Shown: piece by piece, positions 1-12,594 of the stretch
Position numbering within the stretch: the first letter of the stretch is position 1
Layout: each line of letters starts with the position of its first letter
Source: Auanema rhodensis
Taxonomy: Eukaryota; Animalia; Nematoda
Direction of reading: 5' to 3'
DNA length: 64,000 bases
Assembly (NCBI GenBank): GCA_964057225.1
Contig: OZ059900.1
Span: 4,774,001-4,838,000 of the forward strand
Program-made: the position numbers and the translations under genes
The notes under the pieces: model-generated
Database searches by the model: none
Told to the model about the DNA's origin: nothing
Seen by the model: the letters and a program-made list of their open reading frames with translations, nothing else

Positions 1-320
1 AAGTTCACAGTATTCTTTTATCTTTAACGGTATCCGAGTTACAAATCAAGATCACTTTCTTTGGATACTTATGTGGTATAGCTACCTGTTCACAAAAAAT
101 TGGAAGTCTTGGTTACCATGCATCAAATCCTTTAAGATAGTGTTTCTAGACTAATATAACCATGGGGACTTCATCAAACTTCACAGTATTCTTCTATCTT
201 TAACGGTATCCGAGTTACAAATCAAGATCACTTTCTTTGGATACTTAGGTGGTATAGCTACCTGTTCACAAAAAATTGGAAGTCCTGGTTACCTTGCATC
301 AAACCCATTAAAATTGTGTT

Positions 321-456
321 TCTAGACTAATATGACCATGGGAAATTTATTTAAGTTCACAGTATTCTTTTATCTTTAACGGTATCCGAGTTACAAATCA
401 AGATCACTTTCTTTGGATACTTAGGTGGTATAGCTACCTGTTCACAAAAAATTGGA
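321..456. repeat. Truncated monomer with a 46-bp deletion spanning the monomer junction
   Basis: The sequence reads AAAAAATTGGA|CTAATATGACC at 446-467. The XbaI-to-XbaI distance 321->627 is 306 bp, which is 352-46. Confidence 0.95.
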
Positions 457-1682
457 CTAATATGACCATGGGAAATTTATTTAAGTTCACAGTATTCTTC
501 TATCTTTAACGGTATCCGAGTTACAAATCAAGATCACTTTCTTTGGATACTTAGGTGGTATAGCTACCTGTTCACAAAAAATTGGAAGTCCTGGTTACCA
601 TGCATCAAACCCATTAAGATTGTGTTTCTAGACTAATATGACCATGGGAAATTCATTTAAGTTCACAGTATTCTTCTATCTTTAACGGTATCCGAGTTAC
701 AAATCAAGATCACTTTCTTTGGATACTTAGGTGGTATAGCTACCTGTTCACAAAAAATTGGAAGTCCTGGTTACCATGCATCAAACCCATTAAGATTGTG
801 TTTCTAGACTAATATGACCATGGGAAATTCATTTAAGTTCACAGTATTCTTCTATCTTTAACGGTATCCGAGTTACAAATCAAGATCACTTTCTTTGGAT
901 ACTTAGGTGGTATAGCTACCTGTTCACAAAAAATTGGAAGTCCTGGTTACCATGCATCAAACCCATTAAGATTGTGTTTCTAGACTAATATGACCATGGG
1001 AAATTCATTTAAGTTCACAGTATTCTTCTATCTTTAACGGTATCCGAGTTACAAATCAAGATCACTTTCTTTGGATACTTAGGTGGTATAGCTACCTGTT
1101 CACAAAAAATTGGAAGTCCTGGTTACCATGCATCAAACCCATTAAAATTGTGTTTCTAGACTAATATGACCATGGGAAATTTATTTAAGTTCACAGTATT
1201 CTTTTATCTTCAACGGTATCCGAGTTACAAATCAAGATCACTTTCTTTGGATACTTAGGTGGTATAGCTACCTGTTCACAAAAAATTGGAAGTCCTGGTT
1301 ACCATGCATCAAACCCATTAAGATTGTGTTTCTAGACTAATATGACCATGGGAAATTCATTTAAGTTCACAGTATTCTTCTATCTTTAACGGTATCCGAG
1401 TTACAAATCAAGATCACTTTCTTTGGATACTTAGGTGGTATAGCTACCTGTTCACAAAAAATTGGAAGTCCTGGTTACCATGCATCAAACCCATTAAGAT
1501 TGTGTTTCTAGACTAATATGACCATGGGAAATTCATTTAAGTTCACAGTATTCTTCTATCTTTAACGGTATCCGAGTTACAAATCAAGATCACTTTCTTT
1601 GGATACTTAGGTGGTATAGCTACCTGTTCACAAAAAATTGGAAGTCCTGGTTACCATGCATCAAACCCATTAAGATTGTGTT

Positions 1683-4600
1683 TCTAGACTAATATGACCA
1701 TGGGAAATTTATTTAAGTTCACAGTATTCTTTTATCTTCAACGGTATCCGAGTTACAAATCAAGATCACTTTCTTTGGATACTTATGTGGTATAGCTACC
1801 TGTTCACAAAAAATTGGAAGTCTTGGTTACCATGCATCAAATCCTTTAAGATAGTGTTTCTAGACTAATATAACCATGGGGACTTCATCAAACTTCACAG
1901 TATTCTTCTATCTTTAACGGTATCCGAGTTACAAATCAAGATCACTTTCTTTGGATACTTAGGTGGTATAGCTACCTGTTCACAAAAAATTGGAAGTCCT
2001 GGTTACCATGCATCAAACCCATTAAGATTGTGTTTCTAGACTAATATGACCATGGGAAATTCATTTAAGTTCACAGTATTCTTCTATCTTTAACGGTATC
2101 CGAGTTACAAATCAAGATCACTTTCTTTGGATACTTAGGTGGTATGGCTACCTGTTCACAAAAAATTGGAAGTCCTGGTTACCATGCATCAAACCCATTA
2201 AGATTGTGTTTCTAGACTAATATGACCATGGGAAATTTATTTAAGTTCACAGTATTCTTTTATCTTCAACGGTATCCGAGTTACAAATCAAGATCACTTT
2301 CTTTGGATACTTATGTGGTATAGCTACCTGTTCACAAAAAATTGGAAGTCTTGGTTACCATGCATCAAATCCTTTAAGATAGTGTTTCTAGACTAATATA
2401 ACCATGGGGACTTCATCAAACTTCACAGTATTCTTCTATCTTTAACGGTATCCGAGTTACAAATCAAGATCACTTTCTTTGGATACTTAGGTGGTATAGC
2501 TACCTGTTCACAAAAAATTGGAAGTCCTGGTTACCATGCATCAAACCCATTAAGATTGTGTTTCTAGACTAATATGACCATGGGAAATTTATTTAAGTTC
2601 ACAGTATTCTTTTATCTTCAACGGTATCCGAGTTACAAATCAAGATCACTTTCTTTGGATACTTATGTGGTATAGCTACCTGTTCACAAAAAATTGGAAG
2701 TCTTGGTTACCATGCATCAAATCCTTTAAGATAGTGTTTCTAGACTAATATAACCATGGGGACTTCATCAAACTTCACAGTATTCTTCTATCTTTAACGG
2801 TATCCGAGTTACAAATCAAGATCACTTTCTTTGGATACTTAGGTGGTATAGCTACCTGTTCACAAAAAATTGGAAGTCCTGGTTACCATGCATCAAACCC
2901 ATTAAGATTGTGTTTCTAGACTAATATGACCATGGGAAATTTATTTAAGTTCACAGTATTCTTTTATCTTCAACGGTATCCGAGTTACAAATCAAGATCA
3001 CTTTCTTTGGATACTTATGTGGTATAGCTACCTGTTCACAAAAAATTGGAAGTCTTGGTTACCATGCATCAAACCCATTAAGATTGTGTTTCTAGACTAA
3101 TATGACCATGGGAAATTTATTTAAGTTCACAGTATTCTTCTATCTTTAACGGTATCCGAGTTACAAATCAAGATCACTTTCTTTGGATACTTAGGTGGTA
3201 TAGCTACCTGTTCACAAAAAATTGGAAGTCTTGGTTACCATGCATCAAACCCATTAAAATTGTGTTTCTAGACTAATATGACCATGGGAAATTTATTTAA
3301 GTTCACAGTATTCTTTTATCTTCAACGGTATCCGAGTTACAAATCAAGATCACTTTCTTTGGATACTTAGGTGGTATAGCTACCTGTTCACAAAAAATTG
3401 GAAGTCCTGGTTACCATGCATCAAACCCATTAAGATTGTGTTTCTAGACTAATATGACCATGGGAAATTTATTTAAGTTCACAGTATTCTTTTATCTTCA
3501 ACGGTATCCGAGTTACAAATCAAGATCACTTTCTTTGGATACTTATGTGGTATAGCTACCTGTTCACAAAAAATTGGAAGTCTTGGTTACCATGCATCAA
3601 ATCCTTTAAGATAGTGTTTCTAGACTAATATAACCATGGGGACTTCATCAAACTTCACAGTATTCTTCTATCTTTAACGGTATCCGAGTTACAAATCAAG
3701 ATCACTTTCTTTGGATACTTAGGTGGTATAGCTACCTGTTCACAAAAAATTGGAAGTCCTGGTTACCATGCATCAAACCCATTAAGATTGTGTTTCTAGA
3801 CTAATATGACCATGGGAAATTTATTTAAGTTCACAGTATTCTTTTATCTTCAACGGTATCCGAGTTACAAATCAAGATCACTTTCTTTGGATACTTATGT
3901 GGTATAGCTACCTGTTCACAAAAAATTGGAAGTCTTGGTTACCATGCATCAAATCCTTTAAGATAGTGTTTCTAGACTAATATAACCATGGGGACTTCAT
4001 CAAACTTCACAGTATTCTTCTATCTTTAACGGTATCCGAGTTACAAATCAAGATCACTTTCTTTGGATACTTAGGTGGTATAGCTACCTGTTCACAAAAA
4101 ATTGGAAGTCTTGGTTACCATGCATCAAACACAATACGATAGTGTTTCTAGACTAATATGACCATGGGAAATTCATTTAAGTTCACAGTATTCTTTTATC
4201 TTTAACGGTATCCGAGTTACAAATCAAGATCACTTTCTTTGGATACTTAGGTGGTATAGCTACCTGTTCACAAAAAATTGGAAGTCCTGGTTACCATGCA
4301 TCAAACCCATTAAGATTGTGTTTCTAGACTAATATGACCATGGGAAATTTATTTAAGTTCACAGTATTCTTTTATCTTCAACGGTATCCGAGTTACAAAT
4401 CAAGATCACTTTCTTTGGATACTTATGTGGTATAGCTACCTGTTCACAAAAAATTGGAAGTCTTGGTTACCATGCATCAAATCCTTTAAGATAGTGTTTC
4501 TAGACTAATATGACCATGGGAAATTTATTTAAGTTCACAGTATTCTTTTATCTTCAACGGTATCCGAGTTACAAATCAAGATCACTTTCTTTGGATACTT

Positions 4601-7600
4601 ATGTGGTATAGCTACCTGTTCACAAAAAATTGGAAGTCTTGGTTACCATGCATCAAATCCTTTAAGATAGTGTTTCTAGACTAATATAACCATGGGGACT
4701 TCATCAAACTTCACAGTATTCTTCTATCTTTAACGGTATCCGAGTTACAAATCAAGATCACTTTCTTTGGATACTTAGGTGGTATAGCTACCTGTTCACA
4801 AAAAATTGGAAGTCCTGGTTACCATGCATCAAACCCATTAAGATTGTGTTTCTAGACTAATATGACCATGGGAAATTCATTTAAGTTCACAGTATTCTTC
4901 TATCTTTAACGGTATCCGAGTTACAAATCAAGATCACTTTCTTTGGATACTTAGGTGGTATAGCTACCTGTTCACAAAAAATTGGAAGTCCTGGTTACCA
5001 TGCATCAAACCCATTAAGATTGTGTTTCTAGACTAATATGACCATGGGAAATTTATTTAAGTTCACAGTATTCTTTTATCTTCAACGGTATCCGAGTTAC
5101 AAATCAAGATCACTTTCTTTGGATACTTATGTGGTATAGCTACCTGTTCACAAAAAATTGGAAGTCTTGGTTACCATGCATCAAATCCTTTAAGATAGTG
5201 TTTCTAGACTAATATAACCATGGGGACTTCATCAAACTTCACAGTATTCTTCTATCTTTAACGGTATCCGAGTTACAAATCAAGATCACTTTCTTTGGAT
5301 ACTTAGGTGGTATAGCTACCTGTTCACAAAAAATTGGAAGTCCTGGTTACCATGCATCAAACCCATTAAGATTGTGTTTCTAGACTAATATGACCATGGG
5401 AAATTCATTTAAGTTCACAGTATTCTTCTATCTTTAACGGTATCCGAGTTACAAATCAAGATCACTTTCTTTGGATACTTAGGTGGTATAGCTACCTGTT
5501 CACAAAAAATTGGAAGTCCTGGTTACCATGCATCAAACCCATTAAAATTGTGTTTCTAGACTAATATGACCATGGGGACTTCATCAAACTTCACAGTATT
5601 CTTCTATCTTTAACGGTATCCGAGTTACAAATCAAGATCACTTTCTTTGGATACTTAGGTGGTATAGCTACCTGTTCACAAAAAATTGGAAGTCCTGGTT
5701 ACCATGCATCAAACCCATTAAGATTGTGTTTCTAGACTAATATGACCATGGGAAATTTATTTAAGTTCACAGTATTCTTTTATCTTCAACGGTATCCGAG
5801 TTACAAATCAAGATCACTTTCTTTGGATACTTAGGTGGTATAGCTACCTGTTCACAAAAAATTGGAAGTCCTGGTTACCATGCATCAAATCCTTTAAGAT
5901 AGTGTTTCTAGACTAATATAACCATGGGGACTTCATCAAACTTCACAGTATTCTTCTATCTTTAACGGTATCCGAGTTACAAATCAAGATCACTTTCTTT
6001 GGATACTTAGGTGGTATAGCTACCTGTTCACAAAAAATTGGAAGTCCTGGTTACCATGCATCAAACCCATTAAGATTGTGTTTCTAGACTAATATGACCA
6101 TGGGAAATTTATTTAAGTTCACAGTATTCTTTTATCTTCAACGGTATCCGAGTTACAAATCAAGATCACTTTCTTTGGATACTTATGTGGTATAGCTACC
6201 TGTTCACAAAAAATTGGAAGTCTTGGTTACCATGCATCAAATCCTTTAAGATAGTGTTTCTAGACTAATATAACCATGGGGACTTCATCAAACTTCACAG
6301 TATTCTTCTATCTTTAACGGTATCCGAGTTACAAATCAAGATCACTTTCTTTGGATACTTAGGTGGTATAGCTACCTGTTCACAAAAAATTGGAAGTCCT
6401 GGTTACCATGCATCAAACCCATTAAGATTGTGTTTCTAGACTAATATGACCATGGGAAATTTATTTAAGTTCACAGTATTCTTTTATCTTCAACGGTATC
6501 CGAGTTACAAATCAAGATCACTTTCTTTGGATACTTATGTGGTATAGCTACCTGTTCACAAAAAATTGGAAGTCTTGGTTACCATGCATCAAATCCTTTA
6601 AGATAGTGTTTCTAGACTAATATAACCATGGGGACTTCATCAAACTTCACAGTATTCTTCTATCTTTAACGGTATCCGAGTTACAAATCAAGATCACTTT
6701 CTTTGGATACTTAGGTGGTATAGCTACCTGTTCACAAAAAATTGGAAGTCCTGGTTACCATGCATCAAACCCATTAAGATTGTGTTTCTAGACTAATATG
6801 ACCATGGGAAATTTATTTAAGTTCACAGTATTCTTTTATCTTCAACGGTATCCGAGTTACAAATCAAGATCACTTTCTTTGGATACTTATGTGGTATAGC
6901 TACCTGTTCACAAAAAATTGGAAGTCTTGGTTACCATGCATCAAATCCTTTAAGATAGTGTTTCTAAACTAATATAACCATGGGGACTTCATCAAACTTC
7001 ACAGTATTCTTCTATCTTTAACGGTATCCGAGTTACAAATCAAGATCACTTTCTTTGGATACTTAGGTGGTATAGCTACCTGTTCACAAAAAATTGGAAG
7101 TCCTGGTTACCATGCATCAAACCCATTAAGATTGTGTTTCTAGACTAATATGACCATGGGAAATTCATTTAAGTTCACAGTATTCTTCTATCTTTAACGG
7201 TATCCGAGTTACAAATCAAGATCACTTTCTTTGGATACTTAGGTGGTATAGCTACCTGTTCACAAAAAATTGGAAGTCCTGGTTACCATGCATCAAACCC
7301 ATTAAAATTGTGTTTCTAGACTAATATGACCATGGGAAATTTATTTAAGTTCACAGTATTCTTTTATCTTCAACGGTATCCGAGTTACAAATCAAGATCA
7401 CTTTCTTTGGATACTTAGGTGGTATAGCTACCTGTTCACAAAAAATTGGAAGTCCTGGTTACCATGCATCAAATCCTTTAAGATAGTGTTTCTAGACTAA
7501 TATAACCATGGGGACTTCATCAAACTTCACAGTATTCTTCTATCTTTAACGGTATCCGAGTTACAAATCAAGATCACTTTCTTTGGATACTTAGGTGGTA

Positions 7601-10600
7601 TAGCTACCTGTTCACAAAAAATTGGAAGTCTTGGTTACCATGCATCAAACACAATACGATAGTGTTTCTAGACTAATATGACCATGGGAAATTCATTTAA
7701 GTTCACAGTATTCTTTTATCTTTAACGGTATCCGAGTTACAAATCAAGATCACTTTCTTTGGATACTTAGGTGGTATAGCTACCTGTTCACAAAAAATTG
7801 GAAGTCCTGGTTACCATGCATCAAACCCATTAAGATTGTGTTTCTAGACTAATATGACCATGGGAAATTTATTTAAGTTCACAGTATTCTTTTATCTTCA
7901 ACGGTATCCGAGTTACAAATCAAGATCACTTTCTTTGGATACTTATGTGGTATAGCTACCTGTTCACAAAAAATTGGAAGTCTTGGTTACCATGCATCAA
8001 ATCCTTTAAGATAGTGTTTCTAGACTAATATGACCATGGGGACTTCATCAAACTTCACAGTATTCTTCTATCTTTAACGGTATCCGAGTTACAAATCAAG
8101 ATCACTTTCTTTGGATACTTAGGTGGTATAGCTACCTGTTCACAAAAAATTGGAAGTCCTGGTTACCATGCATCAAACCCATTAAGATTGTGTTTCTAGA
8201 CTAATATAACCATGGGGACTTCATCAAACTTCACAGTATTCTTCTATCTTTAACGGTATCCGAGTTACAAATCAAGATCACTTTCTTTGGATACTTAGGT
8301 GGTATAGCTACCTGTTCACAAAAAATTGGAAGTCCTGGTTACCATGCATCAAACCCATTAAGATTGTGTTTCTAGACTAATATGACCATGGGAAATTCAT
8401 TTAAGTTCACAGTATTCTTCTATCTTTAACGGTATCCGAGTTACAAATCAAGATCACTTTCTTTGGATACTTAGGTGGTATAGCTACCTGTTCACAAAAA
8501 ATTGGAAGTCCTGGTTACCATGCATCAAACCCATTAAAATTGTGTTTCTAGACTAATATGACCATGGGGACTTCATCAAACTTCACAGTATTCTTCTATC
8601 TTTAACGGTATCCGAGTTACAAATCAAGATCACTTTCTTTGGATACTTAGGTGGTATAGCTACCTGTTCACAAAAAATTGGAAGTCCTGGTTACCATGCA
8701 TCAAACCCATTAAGATTGTGTTTCTAGACTAATATGACCATGGGAAATTTATTTAAGTTCACAGTATTCTTTTATCTTCAACGGTATCCGAGTTACAAAT
8801 CAAGATCACTTTCTTTGGATACTTAGGTGGTATAGCTACCTGTTCACAAAAAATTGGAAGTCCTGGTTACCATGCATCAAATCCTTTAAGATAGTGTTTC
8901 TAGACTAATATAACCATGGGGACTTCATCAAACTTCACAGTATTCTTCTATCTTTAACGGTATCCGAGTTACAAATCAAGATCACTTTCTTTGGATACTT
9001 AGGTGGTATAGCTACCTGTTCACAAAAAATTGGAAGTCCTGGTTACCATGCATCAAACCCATTAAGATTGTGTTTCTAGACTAATATGACCATGGGAAAT
9101 TTATTTAAGTTCACAGTATTCTTTTATCTTCAACGGTATCCGAGTTACAAATCAAGATCACTTTCTTTGGATACTTATGTGGTATAGCTACCTGTTCACA
9201 AAAAATTGGAAGTCTTGGTTACCATGCATCAAATCCTTTAAGATAGTGTTTCTAGACTAATATAACCATGGGGACTTCATCAAACTTCACAGTATTCTTC
9301 TATCTTTAACGGTATCCGAGTTACAAATCAAGATCACTTTCTTTGGATACTTAGGTGGTATAGCTACCTGTTCACAAAAAATTGGAAGTCCTGGTTACCA
9401 TGCATCAAACCCATTAAGATTGTGTTTCTAGACTAATATGACCATGGGAAATTTATTTAAGTTCACAGTATTCTTTTATCTTCAACGGTATCCGAGTTAC
9501 AAATCAAGATCACTTTCTTTGGATACTTATGTGGTATAGCTACCTGTTCACAAAAAATTGGAAGTCTTGGTTACCATGCATCAAATCCTTTAAGATAGTG
9601 TTTCTAGACTAATATAACCATGGGGACTTCATCAAACTTCACAGTATTCTTCTATCTTTAACGGTATCCGAGTTACAAATCAAGATCACTTTCTTTGGAT
9701 ACTTAGGTGGTATAGCTACCTGTTCACAAAAAATTGGAAGTCCTGGTTACCATGCATCAAACCCATTAAGATTGTGTTTCTAGACTAATATGACCATGGG
9801 AAATTTATTTAAGTTCACAGTATTCTTTTATCTTCAACGGTATCCGAGTTACAAATCAAGATCACTTTCTTTGGATACTTATGTGGTATAGCTACCTGTT
9901 CACAAAAAATTGGAAGTCTTGGTTACCATGCATCAAATCCTTTAAGATAGTGTTTCTAAACTAATATAACCATGGGGACTTCATCAAACTTCACAGTATT
10001 CTTCTATCTTTAACGGTATCCGAGTTACAAATCAAGATCACTTTCTTTGGATACTTAGGTGGTATAGCTACCTGTTCACAAAAAATTGGAAGTCCTGGTT
10101 ACCATGCATCAAACCCATTAAGATTGTGTTTCTAGACTAATATGACCATGGGAAATTCATTTAAGTTCACAGTATTCTTCTATCTTTAACGGTATCCGAG
10201 TTACAAATCAAGATCACTTTCTTTGGATACTTAGGTGGTATAGCTACCTGTTCACAAAAAATTGGAAGTCCTGGTTACCATGCATCAAACCCATTAAAAT
10301 TGTGTTTCTAGACTAATATGACCATGGGAAATTTATTTAAGTTCACAGTATTCTTTTATCTTCAACGGTATCCGAGTTACAAATCAAGATCACTTTCTTT
10401 GGATACTTAGGTGGTATAGCTACCTGTTCACAAAAAATTGGAAGTCCTGGTTACCATGCATCAAATCCTTTAAGATAGTGTTTCTAGACTAATATAACCA
10501 TGGGGACTTCATCAAACTTCACAGTATTCTTCTATCTTTAACGGTATCCGAGTTACAAATCAAGATCACTTTCTTTGGATACTTAGGTGGTATAGCTACC

Positions 10601-12594
10601 TGTTCACAAAAAATTGGAAGTCTTGGTTACCATGCATCAAACACAATACGATAGTGTTTCTAGACTAATATGACCATGGGAAATTCATTTAAGTTCACAG
10701 TATTCTTTTATCTTTAACGGTATCCGAGTTACAAATCAAGATCACTTTCTTTGGATACTTAGGTGGTATAGCTACCTGTTCACAAAAAATTGGAAGTCCT
10801 GGTTACCATGCATCAAACCCATTAAGATTGTGTTTCTAGACTAATATGACCATGGGAAATTTATTTAAGTTCACAGTATTCTTTTATCTTCAACGGTATC
10901 CGAGTTACAAATCAAGATCACTTTCTTTGGATACTTATGTGGTATAGCTACCTGTTCACAAAAAATTGGAAGTCTTGGTTACCATGCATCAAATCCTTTA
11001 AGATAGTGTTTCTAGACTAATATGACCATGGGAAATTTATTTAAGTTCACAGTATTCTTTTATCTTCAACGGTATCCGAGTTACAAATCAAGATCACTTT
11101 CTTTGGATACTTATGTGGTATAGCTACCTGTTCACAAAAAATTGGAAGTCTTGGTTACCATGCATCAAATCCTTTAAGATAGTGTTTCTAGACTAATATA
11201 ACCATGGGGACTTCATCAAACTTCACAGTATTCTTCTATCTTTAACGGTATCCGAGTTACAAATCAAGATCACTTTCTTTGGATACTTAGGTGGTATAGC
11301 TACCTGTTCACAAAAAATTGGAAGTCCTGGTTACCATGCATCAAACCCATTAAGATTGTGTTTCTAGACTAATATGACCATGGGAAATTCATTTAAGTTC
11401 ACAGTATTCTTCTATCTTTAACGGTATCCGAGTTACAAATCAAGATCACTTTCTTTGGATACTTAGGTGGTATAGCTACCTGTTCACAAAAAATTGGAAG
11501 TCCTGGTTACCATGCATCAAACCCATTAAGATTGTGTTTCTAGACTAATATGACCATGGGAAATTTATTTAAGTTCACAGTATTCTTTTATCTTCAACGG
11601 TATCCGAGTTACAAATCAAGATCACTTTCTTTGGATACTTATGTGGTATAGCTACCTGTTCACAAAAAATTGGAAGTCTTGGTTACCATGCATCAAATCC
11701 TTTAAGATAGTGTTTCTAGACTAATATAACCATGGGGACTTCATCAAACTTCACAGTATTCTTCTATCTTTAACGGTATCCGAGTTACAAATCAAGATCA
11801 CTTTCTTTGGATACTTAGGTGGTATAGCTACCTGTTCACAAAAAATTGGAAGTCCTGGTTACCATGCATCAAACCCATTAAGATTGTGTTTCTAGACTAA
11901 TATGACCATGGGAAATTCATTTAAGTTCACAGTATTCTTCTATCTTTAACGGTATCCGAGTTACAAATCAAGATCACTTTCTTTGGATACTTAGGTGGTA
12001 TGGCTACCTGTTCACAAAAAATTGGAAGTCCTGGTTACCATGCATCAAACCCATTAAGATTGTGTTTCTAGACTAATATGACCATGGGAAATTTATTTAA
12101 GTTCACAGTATTCTTTTATCTTCAACGGTATCCGAGTTACAAATCAAGATCACTTTCTTTGGATACTTATGTGGTATAGCTACCTGTTCACAAAAAATTG
12201 GAAGTCTTGGTTACCATGCATCAAACCCATTAAGATAGTGTTTCTAGACTAATATAACCATGGGGACTTCATCAAACTTCACAGTATTCTTCTATCTTTA
12301 ACGGTATCCGAGTTACAAATCAAGATCACTTTCTTTGGATACTTAGGTGGTATAGCTACCTGTTCACAAAAAATTGGAAGTCCTGGTTACCATGCATCAA
12401 ACCCATTAAGATTGTGTTTCTAGACTAATATGACCATGGGAAATTTATTTAAGTGCACAGTATTCTTTTATCTTCAACGGTATCCGAGTTACAAATCAAG
12501 ATCACTTTCTTTGGATACTTATGTGGTATAGCTACCTGTTCACAAAAAATTGGAAGTCTTGGTTACCATGCATCAAATCCTTTAAGATAGTTTT
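1683..12594. repeat. Domain dominated by a dimeric (352-bp) higher-order repeat, with interspersed consensus monomers
   Basis: Type B monomers (GGAAATTTATT...CTTCAAC...TATGTGG...TCTTGG...TCCTTTAAGATAG) alternate with type C monomers (TATAACCATGGGGACTTCATCAAAC...CCCATTAAGATTG). Examples are 2211-2914, 6083-7138 and 9075-10130. Confidence 0.85.
5203..11027. repeat. Tandem duplication of a 17-monomer (2992-bp) block
   Basis: The rare XbaI-loss variant TCTAAA is at 6967 and 9959, and ACAATACGATAG is at 7651 and 10643. Both offsets are 2992 bp and the monomer order matches between copies. Confidence 0.9.

Noticed and set aside
670-705. Possible origin from internal repeats of Helitron/MITE-type elements (TCTATCTTTAACGGTATCCGAGTTAC looks reminiscent of invertebrate repeat motifs)
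   Set aside because: This is an impression only. There are no element termini, target-site duplications or flanks in the window. It needs a Dfam/Repbase search.
627-802. Assignment to a named ~176-bp satellite family (such as Brassica CentBr or cnidarian centromeric repeats), or a CENP-B box
   Set aside because: A matching length is not homology. The monomer has no HindIII site and no canonical TTCG....A..CGGG motif, and I cannot verify identity without a database search.
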